Assembly: GCF_009914755.1 (NCBI RefSeq)
Contig: NC_060932.1
Length of the DNA stretch: 64,000 nt
Reading direction: 5' to 3' (one strand)
Origin: the human T2T-CHM13v2.0 reference genome, Homo sapiens
Part shown: piece by piece, positions 34,489 to 47,392 of the stretch
Layout: each line of letters begins with the position of its first letter
Numbering within the stretch: position 1 is the stretch's first letter
Position numbers and translations under genes: made by a program
The notes under the pieces: generated by a model
Databases searched by the model: none
What the model was told of the DNA's origin: nothing
The model's input: the letters and a program-made list of their open reading frames with translations, nothing else

Positions 34489-36040
34489 TTAGGTCTCTAA
34501 TGACTAGTTCTGTCCAGAGATGAGAGCCAGCCTCCTCAGAAACACATGGCTGGAAGGATACCTGAGCAAAATCAAGGCCACTTCAGGAAGGAGTTGTAAG
34601 GGTGGATATTGAATAGGCAACCAACAGAATAGACTATGCCATGCTTGGTGGTTTTTGGTTTTGTTTTTAATATCTCATTTAAACCTCATTTTGGAACACA
34701 CGTCATATTTGTTATTTTAGAAAATGTAGCTGGAAGTTATGACAAGCTTTCAAAATGCTGCTTCCACCACCACCACCACCAAATTATATAATATTGCTGA
34801 TGGTTGTTAGGAGAGTCTGTGATGGAGGGGTGGAGTGTGACCACAATGCACTGTATGTAGAAGAGAACTTTCCTGGTGTGAAGATAATGATGGTGTTCCT
34901 ATGAGGGACTGTGGGAGAGATTTTAGGGTAAATGTAGTGGGGCTGAATGAGAGGAATAGGGGAAATGGTTGGTATGTGGGGGAGGTAGGGTGTTACTGTG
35001 GGGTGTGCTGTGCCCTGTGTGAGTGCATGCTGGAATGTGGAGGAAGGAGATGGGAGTGGGGGTTTGGTTGGGATGCAGTATTGCGTGTTAGAAAGGTAGT
35101 GTGTGTGTGAAAAGGTGGCATCATGTGTGCATACAACAAAGTGAAGTGGAAGGAGCTGCTTTACCTTAAAATGGAAGAAATTTTCAAATGTATCATCATG
35201 ATATTGATATTCTGATTAAAACTGAATTCTAGATAGTTTTAGTTTATATGTATTTGTAGTTTATATTTAATCTTTAAAAAATTCACTTCTTTGCTTATAT
35301 TCAAAATATCACTGGTTAGTGAAGTATATGTAGGCATAGTGAATATAACTACCTTTTCAAGAAATTAGATGTTAGAAAATGCAATTTAAAAACAGACTGT
35401 GTAACAGGCAGAGGGATTTTCAGGTCACTTTGAATATTTGTGTAGGATTTATTTGTAGCATATTGGCTTGGTTTTTACACAGTCATTCTGTAAAATTTTA
35501 GGGTGGAAGAGTCCACAAAAGGCATCTTATTGCTTAAAAAATGTTCACATAAAAGATACAATCTTATAGTACTGTTAGCTGTAAGTAAGGAACATAATTT
35601 TATGACTATATGAACAAATAACAAAATGTTCATTCAAATCATTCATGTGCTTTAAGAGACTCTGGAAATTATATTTACTACTTTTTTGTTACTGGGTTAC
35701 TTTTAGTATATTCATGTACTGATGTTTGGAAATATAGGCTCTGTGTCTTTAAACTTTTGAGCCCTTTCTTTGCACATTTGGGTACAGTGCAACCAAACTT
35801 AAGCATGGGAAATTCTCTCTTCCCTCCCCAGCTTTACAGCCTCCACTCAGGACTATCATTGCTATGGATACTACTTAGTGATTAGCTCTCTCTCTTGTCA
35901 ATCAAATCTTTGTCTCTAGCAAACTGTTTTGTCACTGTAGTAAGGCTCTAGTGCTGGAAATTTATCTTTGACAGAGGAAGAATGCTTTTGAAAACAGTTC
36001 TTACGTGATTTTATGTAACTTAATTTGCCCTGGAAAGGAA

Positions 36041-36106
36041 ATGTCTCGTCTCTGGTATGGGAAAAAAGGGAGAAGACATCAACCAATTAATCATAAATAC
36101 ACTCTG
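36041..36106 (+). CDS. OXR1: Coding part of alternative first exon of short TLDc-only OXR1 isoforms (MSRLWYGKKGRRHQPINHKYTL)
   Basis: gaaATG start, 22 open codons, CTG|GTAAAT donor in phase 0. Splicing to 47312 or 49248 gives 243 or 216 aa proteins (calculated from the exons), consistent with my recollection of short OXR1 isoforms. Confidence 0.85.
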
Positions 36107-37211
36107 GTAAATCTTAGTCAATTATTTTAATTTGTATATATACTAGTCTTTTCATGGTGACATTATGAAAAATTATACAATTTCTGAAAGTTTAAGCATA
36201 GAGGATATTTATAGAATACAAAATTTTATGATTGTACAAAGTACCTTGAAGTTGTTTCTGTTAATTCTGAGTATCTTCAAAAAGGGAAATTAATAAGGGA
36301 CTGTAATTTTGTTTCATATTAAGTGTTTTGTATGTTCTACACCAACAGGAAGATATCAAATCTTAATTGTTGCCTTAATGTTTTTTATTTTAGCTTAACT
36401 TTTTAGAAAAATATTCAGAATTTTCTCTTGCTTGAAAATAAATTGAATAGAACAGAGTAAATTAATTATTATTGACTGGATCTCAAACCAGATTCTTTTA
36501 TGATATTGTTTACTTAAGGGTATAATTTTAAGAATCTGACTAAAAGGTTTTTTAAGCTGTTCAAAAAGTTTTCAGGCAATGCTACCTAATACAAATCTTC
36601 AAACGATATCCTAGTAAGGAAATTCAGTCAACCATACTATTGTAAGAATTTTATTTATTTTTCTGTACGTGTACATTGTTATAAAATGTATTGTCCATTG
36701 CTCTTTCTGTGGTAATTTGGGATTATATTTTGCTTATGAATGTTTATTTTATTTTCACTTAATTGTAGATGATTTAAAATCCAATAAGGACTTTGGAAGA
36801 TGCCCCCAAAGCAGCTTGCCGCCCTTAAATGTTAAGTGTGTCAAAATATTAAAATTTTAATAGGTGTTATTTTTAATTGTAATTTCAAAATTCATTTATA
36901 TGTTACATCAGCACAGAGGGATTTAGGCACCTGAAATGATTGAATTTTTAAAATTTGTGATTAGATTTACCAGATAAATCAGTTAACACCGTTGTTTTTT
37001 TTTTAAACCAAGAACAATGAAGCTATTCATACATTTTTTTTATTTGAAGTTTGAATAATCATTTATTCTTAGTTTGCAAAGACTTCAATACAGTTTATTA
37101 CAAATACAAGCAAAATAAATTGTGGTTATTCTGAAATTTATAGGTCAATCTAATTAATGTGCATCAAACACTTACATTTATTACAGTCACCACGTCCAAG
37201 GCCTGTTCATT

Positions 37212-37515
37212 CTTTATTTTTATTTTTATTTTTGAGACAGGGTCTCACTTTGTCACCCAGGTTGGAATGCAGTGGCGGGATTTTGGCTCACTTCAACCTG
37301 GGCTCCTGGGCTCAAGTGATCTTCCTGCCTCAGCCCGGCAAGTAGCTGGGACTGCAAGCATGCACCACCACAGCCCGCTAATTTTTTTGTATTTTTTATA
37401 GAGACTAGGTTTCGCCTTGTTGCCCAGGCTGGACTTGAACTCCTGAGCTCAGCTCAGGAGATCTACCTGCCTTGGCCTCCCATAGTGTTAGGATTCCAGG
37501 CCACTGCGCCCAGCC
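37212..37515 (-). mobile_element. Alu (AluJ-like)
   Basis: Dimer; TSD ...ctgttcattctt. Confidence 0.9.
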
Positions 37516-39659
37516 AAGTTCTGTTCATTCTTATGGGAGGCTATATAATTTTGTCAGATACTTTATTTCATGCCTGAGCAAGAATGCTTCCTACTCATTG
37601 GTCATTAGCTCTGCCCATACATATATGTTATTTAATTGAACCCTCACAGTAACCCTGAAAGTTTAGTAGAATTATTTCCCATTTTGAAGACTAGTTGAAG
37701 CATGGAGTGGTCACTGAACTAAGTTGTCATGTAGTACAGAGACAGCTTGACCCTAGCACATATTGTAGTTCACCAGGATGACTTTGAAGTTTTTCTGAAA
37801 TAGAACAATATGATGTGTTTTGTTGTGTAGACAAGCTGAAGTCCCAGTTTTCTAGTTGTTTTCTTTGTTTTAAAGCAGAGATTCTAGGAGCTGTAGGGCA
37901 GGCAGCTCTTAAGAAAATTGGGATGAAAAGGATTAGCAGTTCTTTTACCTGCTTTGTAGATTGAGAGCCCTGTAAGATTTTGCCTGACAAGGGGCTCTTA
38001 TGCTTCTAAACTGGAAAAAAAAAAAAAAAAAAAAAAAAATTCTAAGAGAATAACCAGTATTTCAGAACAAATGAAATTTGACTTTTTGGAGTTTATAATG
38101 TGTAGCTTTTTAGAATTCTTCGTCTTTACCCAACAAATAATATGGCCATATTATTACTACCTCTGTAAGAGAGATTATCACTGAGGTATCTATAGATACC
38201 TTGACAGTTTTCCAAATGCCTATGTATGTAGTATCACATGACCTTACAGTAACCCTGTGTGTTAACCAGATTGTTTTGTTTTATAAGTGAGTTAATTTAC
38301 ATCTCAAATACATTAATAACTAATAAGCAGCATACACTCCTAACAAAATGCATGGCATGAAATTAACCTTTTGCCAGTTAGCTTCGATGAGAACCATATT
38401 GATCAAGCATGCTTAAGTTTTGTTATCTTTTATTTTTTAAAGGCCGTTTTATAGTTTATTCTGATAACTTAAACTTTAATCATTCATTTATTTGAAGCTA
38501 TTCATGTATTTGATATATTCATGTGCCATACTCTACCTTGTTAGTGTCTGTCAATAAGTCGTAATTTACTTGAAATTATAAGCCCATTTTATAATAAGGA
38601 TTTAGTCTTAATCAAAGTCACAAGTCATTAAATAGCATCAGTGTTTCATTGCCTTTATCAGTAGTCACTAATTTCATCACCATTTTCTTAGTTTAGGCCG
38701 TCATATATGAACAGACTTTTTTTAAATTTAGGCTTTCATATATGAAAACACAGGAGAAAAGTTTGTATGTCGAATTGTTTACATCTGTTCAAGAATTAGC
38801 TGACAGGTGGATTTTTAGGAAGAGCTAATTTAAATGTAAAAATCTTTCCAGTGACTTCAGCCTGAGATAATAACTATAATGATAAAAATAATTACTTGTA
38901 CTGACAGTGTATACCAAATATTGTTCTAAACACTTAATATGAGTTACCTTATTTAATTCTCACAACCCTGTGGAATATTACTTTATCATCTCCATTTTAC
39001 AAGTGAAAAAACAGAGACATAGCAATCATACTACAACTAGTGCAAGTCAGAGCTGATTTTTTAATCTAGGCATTCTGGCTCTAGCTGATGCCCTTAAACT
39101 CTTTGCCATACTTGCCCTCAAAAATCTTCAGAATATAACAAGAGGAAGAGAATTATTTATTTCATATATTTAATGTATCAGAACCTATTTTATATATACT
39201 TTATACATATTATTTATTTCTCATAAAATGTAAAGTATTTCCATTTGAAGAATCAGAAATGGGGAAACTAAATGAGGCTCCCTAAGTTCACAAAACTAAT
39301 AAAAATCAGAATCAAAATTAAGGTAGCAGTCTAAAACCAAAGCCAGTATTCTTCAATATTATGCCGCCTATCTATAGTAGATAGTCATAAGACATTTATT
39401 AACCAGTATTTATGTATGTCTTATGGTAAGTGAAACATCTTCTGCTCTCCAGTCACAACCTAGTTGAAAAAAGTATACACATATATTCAATGTAGAATAT
39501 TTTTTCTTAATTTATTTGACTCAATTGTTTTTTATTTTTCATTTAAAGAAATTTAATAGCATAGGGGGCTTTCCAGTGAAATTTAATAGCATAGTGGTCT
39601 TCCAGTGAAGACCAGAAAACCTGCTAGATAAATTCTAAGAGAGCTGTAACACTGACTCA

Positions 39660-42600
39660 GTAGTTGAAAAGCATATATCTTATGTATGCAAGTTATGAGG
39701 CATAATAGTAAAATGAACATCTGTGATGTACCACTACCCAATATTAGAACTAGAATATCACTAATGTAGCTGCATCTGTCTGTGTGTTTTTTCTCATCTT
39801 GTGTCACCCTCATATTGGTAACCACCTCTCTGGATTTTTTGTTTTATTATCCCCCTAACTTTTTTTAATTATAATAGATTTCATTTTTTAGATCAGTATT
39901 AGGTTTACAGAAAAATTGAATGGAAGGCATAGAGAGTTTCCATATACTCTCTTTTCCCCAAAACACAGTTTTCCCTGTTATTCACAAATGACATTAGTGT
40001 GATATATGTTACAGTGTATGAACTAATATTGATATATTGTCATGCAGAGTCTATAGTTTACATTAAGGTTCATTCTTTGAGTTGTATATTCTGTGGGTTT
40101 TGACAAGTGTATAATGACATGTATCTAGTTGTAGAATCACATGCTATAATTTTTCTGCCCTAAAAATTCCCTGTGCCACAGCTATTTATCACTCATTCCC
40201 TTCCAGTGAACACCTGGCACCCACCGGTCTTTCCACTGTTTTGCGTTTTGCAGAGTGTCATATAGTTGGAATCATATAGTACGTAGCCTTTTCAGATTGG
40301 CTTCTTTCACTTAGCAATTTTTATTTAAGACTCCTTCATGTCTTTTTGGCTTGACAGCTCATTTCTTTTTATTGCTGAATAATATTCTATTTTATGGTTT
40401 TATCCACTTCTTTACCCATTCACCTGGTAAAGGACATTTTGCTTTCTTCCACCTTTTGGCACTTATGAAAAGAAACTGTTACAAACTTTTAGATGTAGAT
40501 TTTGTGTGGACATAAGTTTTCAACTCATAAATACCAAGTAACATGATTACTGTATCCTATGTTAAGGGTGTGTTTGCTAAGCCAGTGTGGTGACTCACGC
40601 CTGTAATATCAACACTTTAGGAGGCTGAAGTGGGAGGAGTTTGCGATCAGCCAGGGCAACATAGTTAGACCTTGTCTTTAAAAAAAAAAAGAAAGAAAGA
40701 AAAAATAAGAAACAAAGAAAGAAAGTAAAAAGAAACTGCCAAACTGTCTTTCATCTGGCTGTACCCATTTTGCATGGCATCCACAACAAATGAGAATTCC
40801 TGTTCTCCACATCCCTGCTGACATTTGCTGTTGTCAGCTCTTTGGATTTTAGCTTTTATTTAAATAGATGTGTAGTGATATCTCAATCATTTTAATTTGC
40901 ATTTCCCTGGTGACATATCATAGTGAGCATCCTTTCATAGTCTTATTTTCCATTTGTATATCTTCTTTAATGAGATGTTTATTCATATCTTTTGTCCATA
41001 TTTTAATCAGGTTGTTTGATATCTTACTGTTATGTTTTACATAAACATAGAGATAGAACAGACCATTGTCTCCTTCCTTCCTATCTGTATTCCTTCATAT
41101 ATTTTGGATAACAGTCCTTTATCATTTATATATGTTGCAGAGATTTTCTAGTCTGTAGCTTGTCTTTTTCATTCTCTTGACAGTGTCTTTCACACAGTAG
41201 AAGTTTTTAATTTTAATGAAATTCAACTTAATAATTTTCTTTTTCATGGATTGTACTTGTGGTATTTTATCTAAAAGTGCACCTTCAGACTTAGGGTCAC
41301 CAAGATTTTTTTCCTGTGCTATTTTCTAGGAGATCCATAGTTTTGTGTTTTCCTCTGTAGTCCATTTGGTATAAAGACTTTGTCTCAATTGACTGTTCTG
41401 CAGGTGGATATCCAGTTGTTCCAATACTATTGGGGTAAAGACCATTATTTCTCCTCTGAATTGTCTTTACTCCTTTGTTAAAAGTCAGTTGACTGTATTT
41501 ATGTGGGATATTTCTGAGTGTTTTATTGTGTATCATTGATGTATTTGTCAGTTCTTTTGCCAAAACCATGATGTATTGATTACTGTAGCTTTATAGTATA
41601 GTAAGTCTTGAAGTTGAGTAGTGTCAGTCTTCCAACTTTGTTCTTTTTCTTCATTGCTATCTTGGCTATTCTGTGTCTTTGCATATAAACTATTTCTATA
41701 AATTTTAGAATCAATTTGCCTGTATCTACAAAATAGCCTGGTAGAATTTTGATTGAAATTGTATTGAATCCATACATCAAGTTGAGAAGAACTGACAGCT
41801 TGACAATATTGAGTCTTCCTATCTATGAATGTGGGATATGTATTTAAATCTTTTGTTAATCACAGTTTTCTACTTTTTTTCACGTAGATCTCTATGTATT
41901 TTGTTAGAATTATATGTATTTCATTTACATTATGCTAATATAAATGGTATTCTTTTTAACTTTCAAATTCCAAGTTTTCATTGCTGATATAAAGACCATT
42001 GACTTTTGCATATTAATCTTGCACTCTGAAAGCCTGCCATGATCACTTATTCCAGTAGAGTTTTGGTTGATTCTTTGGGATTTTTTATACCAACAATCAT
42101 GTCATCTGCTAACAAAGACAGTTTTATCTCTTTCTTCCCTATTTATATAACTTTAATTTTCTTTGAATTTAATTTATATAACTTTGTCTTATTGCATTAG
42201 CTAGGACTTCCTGCATAATGTCAGGTAAGAGTACTGGCAAGGGATATCCTTTCCTTGCTCCCAGTCTTAGTGTGAAAGGATCTTGTTTCTCACTATTATG
42301 TGTTGTATTAACTGAATTTTTTTAATACATGTTCTTTATCCAGTTGAGGGAGTTCTTCTTTATTCCTAACTTCCTGAGCATTTTTATTAGTGTTGGATTT
42401 TGACTAGTGCATTTTTTGTATCTGTTGATAAGATCACATGATTTTTCTTCTTTACCATGTTGATGTAATAGATTACATCAATTGATTTTCAAGGCTGTAC
42501 CAGTCTTGCGTAGGTGGGATAAGTTCTACTTCGTCGTTGTATATAATTCTGTACATTTGTACATTGCTCAATTCAGTTTGCTAGTGTTTTGTTGAGAATT

Positions 42601-43330
42601 TTTGCATATATGTTAATGAGAGATAATTGCCTGTAGTTTTTCTTTCTTGTAAAGTTTTTATTTCTATTAGAGTAATGCTGTCCTCACAGAATTAGTTAAG
42701 AAGTATTCCCTCCGCTTCTGTTTTCTGGAAGAGATTGTGGAGAGTTTGTATAATTTCTTCGTAAATGTTTGGTAGTATTCATCAGTGAGTCTATCTGGGC
42801 CTTGTGCTTTCTGTTTTAGGAGGTTATTAATTATTGATTAATTATTTAAATACATATCTTTCTTTCTTTTTTTGAGTTGGAGTTTTGCTATGTTCCCTGG
42901 GCTGGTCTTGAACTCATAGGCTCAAGTGATCCTCTCACCTCAGCCTCCTGAGTAGCTGAGATAATAGGCATGCATTATCTGTTTCTTCTTGTGTGACTTT
43001 TGGTGGTTTGTGTCTTTCAAGGAATTGGTTTGCTTTATCTAGATTATCAAATTAGTGAGTGTACAGTTTATAGTATTTCTTCATTATTCTTTTAATATCC
43101 ATGGGATCAGTAATGATGGCCCCTCTTCATTTCTGATATTTATTCTCTCACTCTCATCTATCCTGGCTAGAGGTAGAGGTTTATCAATTTTATTGACCTT
43201 CTGAAAGATTACAAAATTGGCTTCTGGTTCCATTGCTGTTTTTCTATTGATTTTGTTTTTAATCTATTGATTTCTGCTCTAATTTTATTTTCCTGTGCTT
43301 CAGATTTAATTTGATTCCATATTCTTTCAT
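39660..43330 (-). mobile_element. Old L1 (L1MC/MB-like), ORF2 and 3'UTR remnants, with Alu monomers at ~40580-40730 (+) and ~42860-42975 (-)
   Basis: Minus ORFs 41297-41569 and 41580-41780 resemble degenerate L1 ORF2 (FNTISIKI...KLILKFI, LTLLNFKTYY). Confidence 0.85.
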
Positions 43331-43409
43331 CTCTTAGCATCTCAGTTATACTTTTTTAAAAAACTTTTTTAAATGGTTCCTCTAGAATTTGTAATACACA
43401 TTTTTTTTA

Positions 43410-43978
<569 letters not shown>

Positions 43979-46900
43979 GGAATGTTATTTTGAAAGCAGT
44001 AGTTTTAATTTGGGCAAAATGGGGCGAAGTTTAACATAATTCAGGTCTTATTTTGTAATAAAGACTGTTAATATATGATGAGATATAGTAGAACAACGGC
44101 TTATGTGACTTCAAGGATGCTGTTGTATGCTCTTTTTGTTTGATACAGAAGCTCAGAATTATATTTCCTTCTTTAACATATTTTTTGAGACCAAAGTAAG
44201 TGTAAGTGGCATTGATTAGATAGTATTTCTTTTTCTCTTGCATTTCCATTTACTGAGAAAGTAGTAAAAATGGCACATTGACATATAACTAGCAGATTTT
44301 TGTTAGTGTGCAAGACATTGAAGAAAGGGAGATTTGGGGTTTGTTTTGGAGTAATCTTGGGGAAACACTGGAACGTCCATAAGGTATTGTTCTTTATATC
44401 TAAGAGATGAACGTGTTCTTAATCATGGGATTGGCAGCAACTGTGAATTTTCTCTAGTCTCTGTTTTTGTTAGTCCATTTGTAATAGTGATGGGTGGATT
44501 TACCCCTGCCTTTCCATTGGTAATTCTGTAGAAGTAAAGGCTTAGGAAAATACTTTCTCTTTGTGAGGGTCCTTTGTCAAAGACTGAAAAGACTAGAGAG
44601 TGGCATTTAATTCTGCAGAGTATAGGTCATGGTACTTAGTTCCTATAGATAGGAGTTAGCAGTATATCCAAATACTTTATTCCTTAAGAAACGATTTTTT
44701 AGCCAGTGAATGCACTTTTAATTGGAAGGTCTTGGTTTTCTCAACTGTTTACTCCTAATAATTCAGAGCGTGATAAGGGATATTTTGGAGAAATGTATTC
44801 ATTTTTTATTTAGGTTTAATCTTTTGGGTAAAGTAATAAATTGTATACATGGAGTATGGTTTACCAAGGGTTTAAAATTAATGTAAGAGTAATTCCAGTT
44901 TCCTCATATATACTGGGAATATATAGCTCTTTTATCCCTTTATTTTGAGAGAAGGAAGTATATTTCTGTACTCAAATTCAAATCTCTTTTTTCTATTAAC
45001 TCACAGACTTTTTTTTTTTCTTACAGTTTTCTGTATCCTCACCCATCAGGGCATGAGTAAATGTTTAAGGTTAAGGAAGCAGAAAGTTTTTAAGTCCTAG
45101 AAAAAAATATAATTGAAAAAAATAAATTTGAAAGAGTAGATTTGTGACATGAAAGAAACTATGACTTTATCAAGTGTTATTAAGATAAGCTTAGCCTTAT
45201 GGCGATTTATTGTTCTCTTATTAGTAACTCCTACTCTCAGCAATGCTGATACAATTAGGTTATGACTGATCTCTTTTGTAAGCATAATTTAATTTCACTT
45301 CCACCCAGGAAGTGTTTTTCTTATAGTAAATGAAGGAGTTTTAGAATATAGATATAAGATAATTGTTAACTGGAGGGATAGAAGGAAAGCAGAGAATTAG
45401 ATAAGTTATTTTTGACAATCCTTGTCTAGGAGACTATTGGATTGAAGGCCATGAAAAAAGAAAGAAAAATATAATTGGCCATTAAATATTTCTAGAGACC
45501 TGTTTTGCTGGGCATAGAAAAGCAAGCCCATGATGTTTTTTATTTTTAGTACCTAATTTTTCTTTTATCTTTATTGAAATCCTATTGTTCTTAATTGAAA
45601 GTCCTTCATTATTTTTATCTAATACTGAAATATAAAAATTAAATTCAGAATAATCAAAATGTTAAAAATAGTTGAGATGTCAAACCTGAAATATTCTCAT
45701 TCAAAAATAAAAACCAAAAATTAATAAGGAGGCTCTTTGGCCATTATCATTTAGTCTCCAGGGTAATTGGTGAAAAGTAATCAAGTAAAAGTCATATGAA
45801 TAATAGTAGTTCTCATTAATATGTTCTGGGCACTATACTCAGTCCTTAATATGCATTTCCTCAGTAATTCACATAAAACCAGATTTGATATGCACTTTTA
45901 CTATTTTCATTGTTTTATAACAAAATTGATAGGCAATGGGGAACCCAGGTTTATCTGACACCCCCCCCATCCGCCCCCAGAGCTAGAGAGAATAACAGCT
46001 TCTGGTTTCTAAGTACAGAGTCAGCTAACATATTGTATGCTTTGTTGCTTCACAAAATTCAATATAATAATAATGGCCAGAATGGAAATCTGTCCAGCCT
46101 CTTTTCCTTTTTTCTATTCTCATGTCTTTCAGAACTTTCAACAAGTTTACATAGCTTTTCATAGTTACCTTAATGTTTACTGGTAGCCAGTTCCTTTTAG
46201 TTGGCTAAATAAAAAGCCTTTAAAACCTAGGTTCAAAATCTAAACTCTTTATGAGCCAGTTGGATTAACTCATTTTGTGGTCAGAGCCTCTGTGCATTTT
46301 TGATTGATTACAAGAGGAACTAGTCATAGCTCAAGAGAATCGTCACATATTTATCACACCATTAGCGTTCACTGTAGTATGGTAACTGTTTTTAGAATTA
46401 TGTCATGATCTGAAAAAGCTGTAACTATTATGTCAACCTGAGGAAACTTACCTGTTTTTGTGGGCTTTCTGTAATAGTGTTTATCTGTCATTTATGGCTT
46501 TCAAATTTAATACTGTGCAAGAGCCTGGTCTAGGCAATTATAGAAGATAGAAAGTTTTCCTTTGAAAGTTAAAATGTAGGAAAGTTGTTAAATTTTAGTC
46601 ACAAATAAATGATACAGTAAAAACCATAAAGAAAACAGGAGAGAGGCAAAAAGTGGAAAAAAAAAGTCATTTAAAGGGCTGAAGCAGACATACTTAGAAG
46701 GTACTTTTGATTAGACATACTTTTGAAAATCTAATTTTCTACTTTCTAGAGCTTATTTTTCTTATTGCCATAGGTTTTAAAATGTACTTCTATATTGTTT
46801 TCTTGCTCTTCTCTCCTCTGTTGTTTCTGTTATAGATGGGTATGTTTGTCACCTGTGCCTAGAAGAAATTCTTCCAGCATGGCCATTAGGATATAATGTT

Positions 46901-47225
46901 TGAGCTCACCTGATTTGGAGGGGGTAGTTGAAACTACCACTTCCTTTGTAACTGCAAGACCGTTTAGTTTTCAGACGTTATCTTTAATGTTAGCAAAGTA
47001 TGTGTTTTATATAGTGTTTTCTGTATAAAAAACTATAATTTCTATTTACTAAGTTGAATCTATATGGAATAGTCCATAAAATAAACCTTACATACCAACT
47101 AGTTGGATGTAGTAGTGAAAATCATTCATGGATATTTCACTCTAGTTTGATATATAAATCTCTTGGATTTTCAACATAGAGTGGGGAAGAAATCCTAATT
47201 ACAGTTCTCTTCCCATTTTAATTTC

Positions 47226-47264
<39 letters not shown>

Positions 47265-47311
47265 TTTCTCAACTGTCAGTGGAATTATTGTCTTCCTGTC
47301 TCCATATTTAG

Positions 47312-47392
47312 GTAGTGTCAGTGGCTGAGTATCACCGCAGGATCGATGCTCTAAATACTGAAGAACTGCGCACACTCTGCAGACGCCTCCAG
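47312..47392 (+). CDS. OXR1: OXR1 81-nt symmetric (cassette-type) exon VVSVAEYHRRIDALNTEELRTLCRRLQ
   Basis: tttag acceptor, weak CAG|GTGCCC donor; phase 0/0; CpG-rich coding island in AT-rich intron. Confidence 0.9.
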
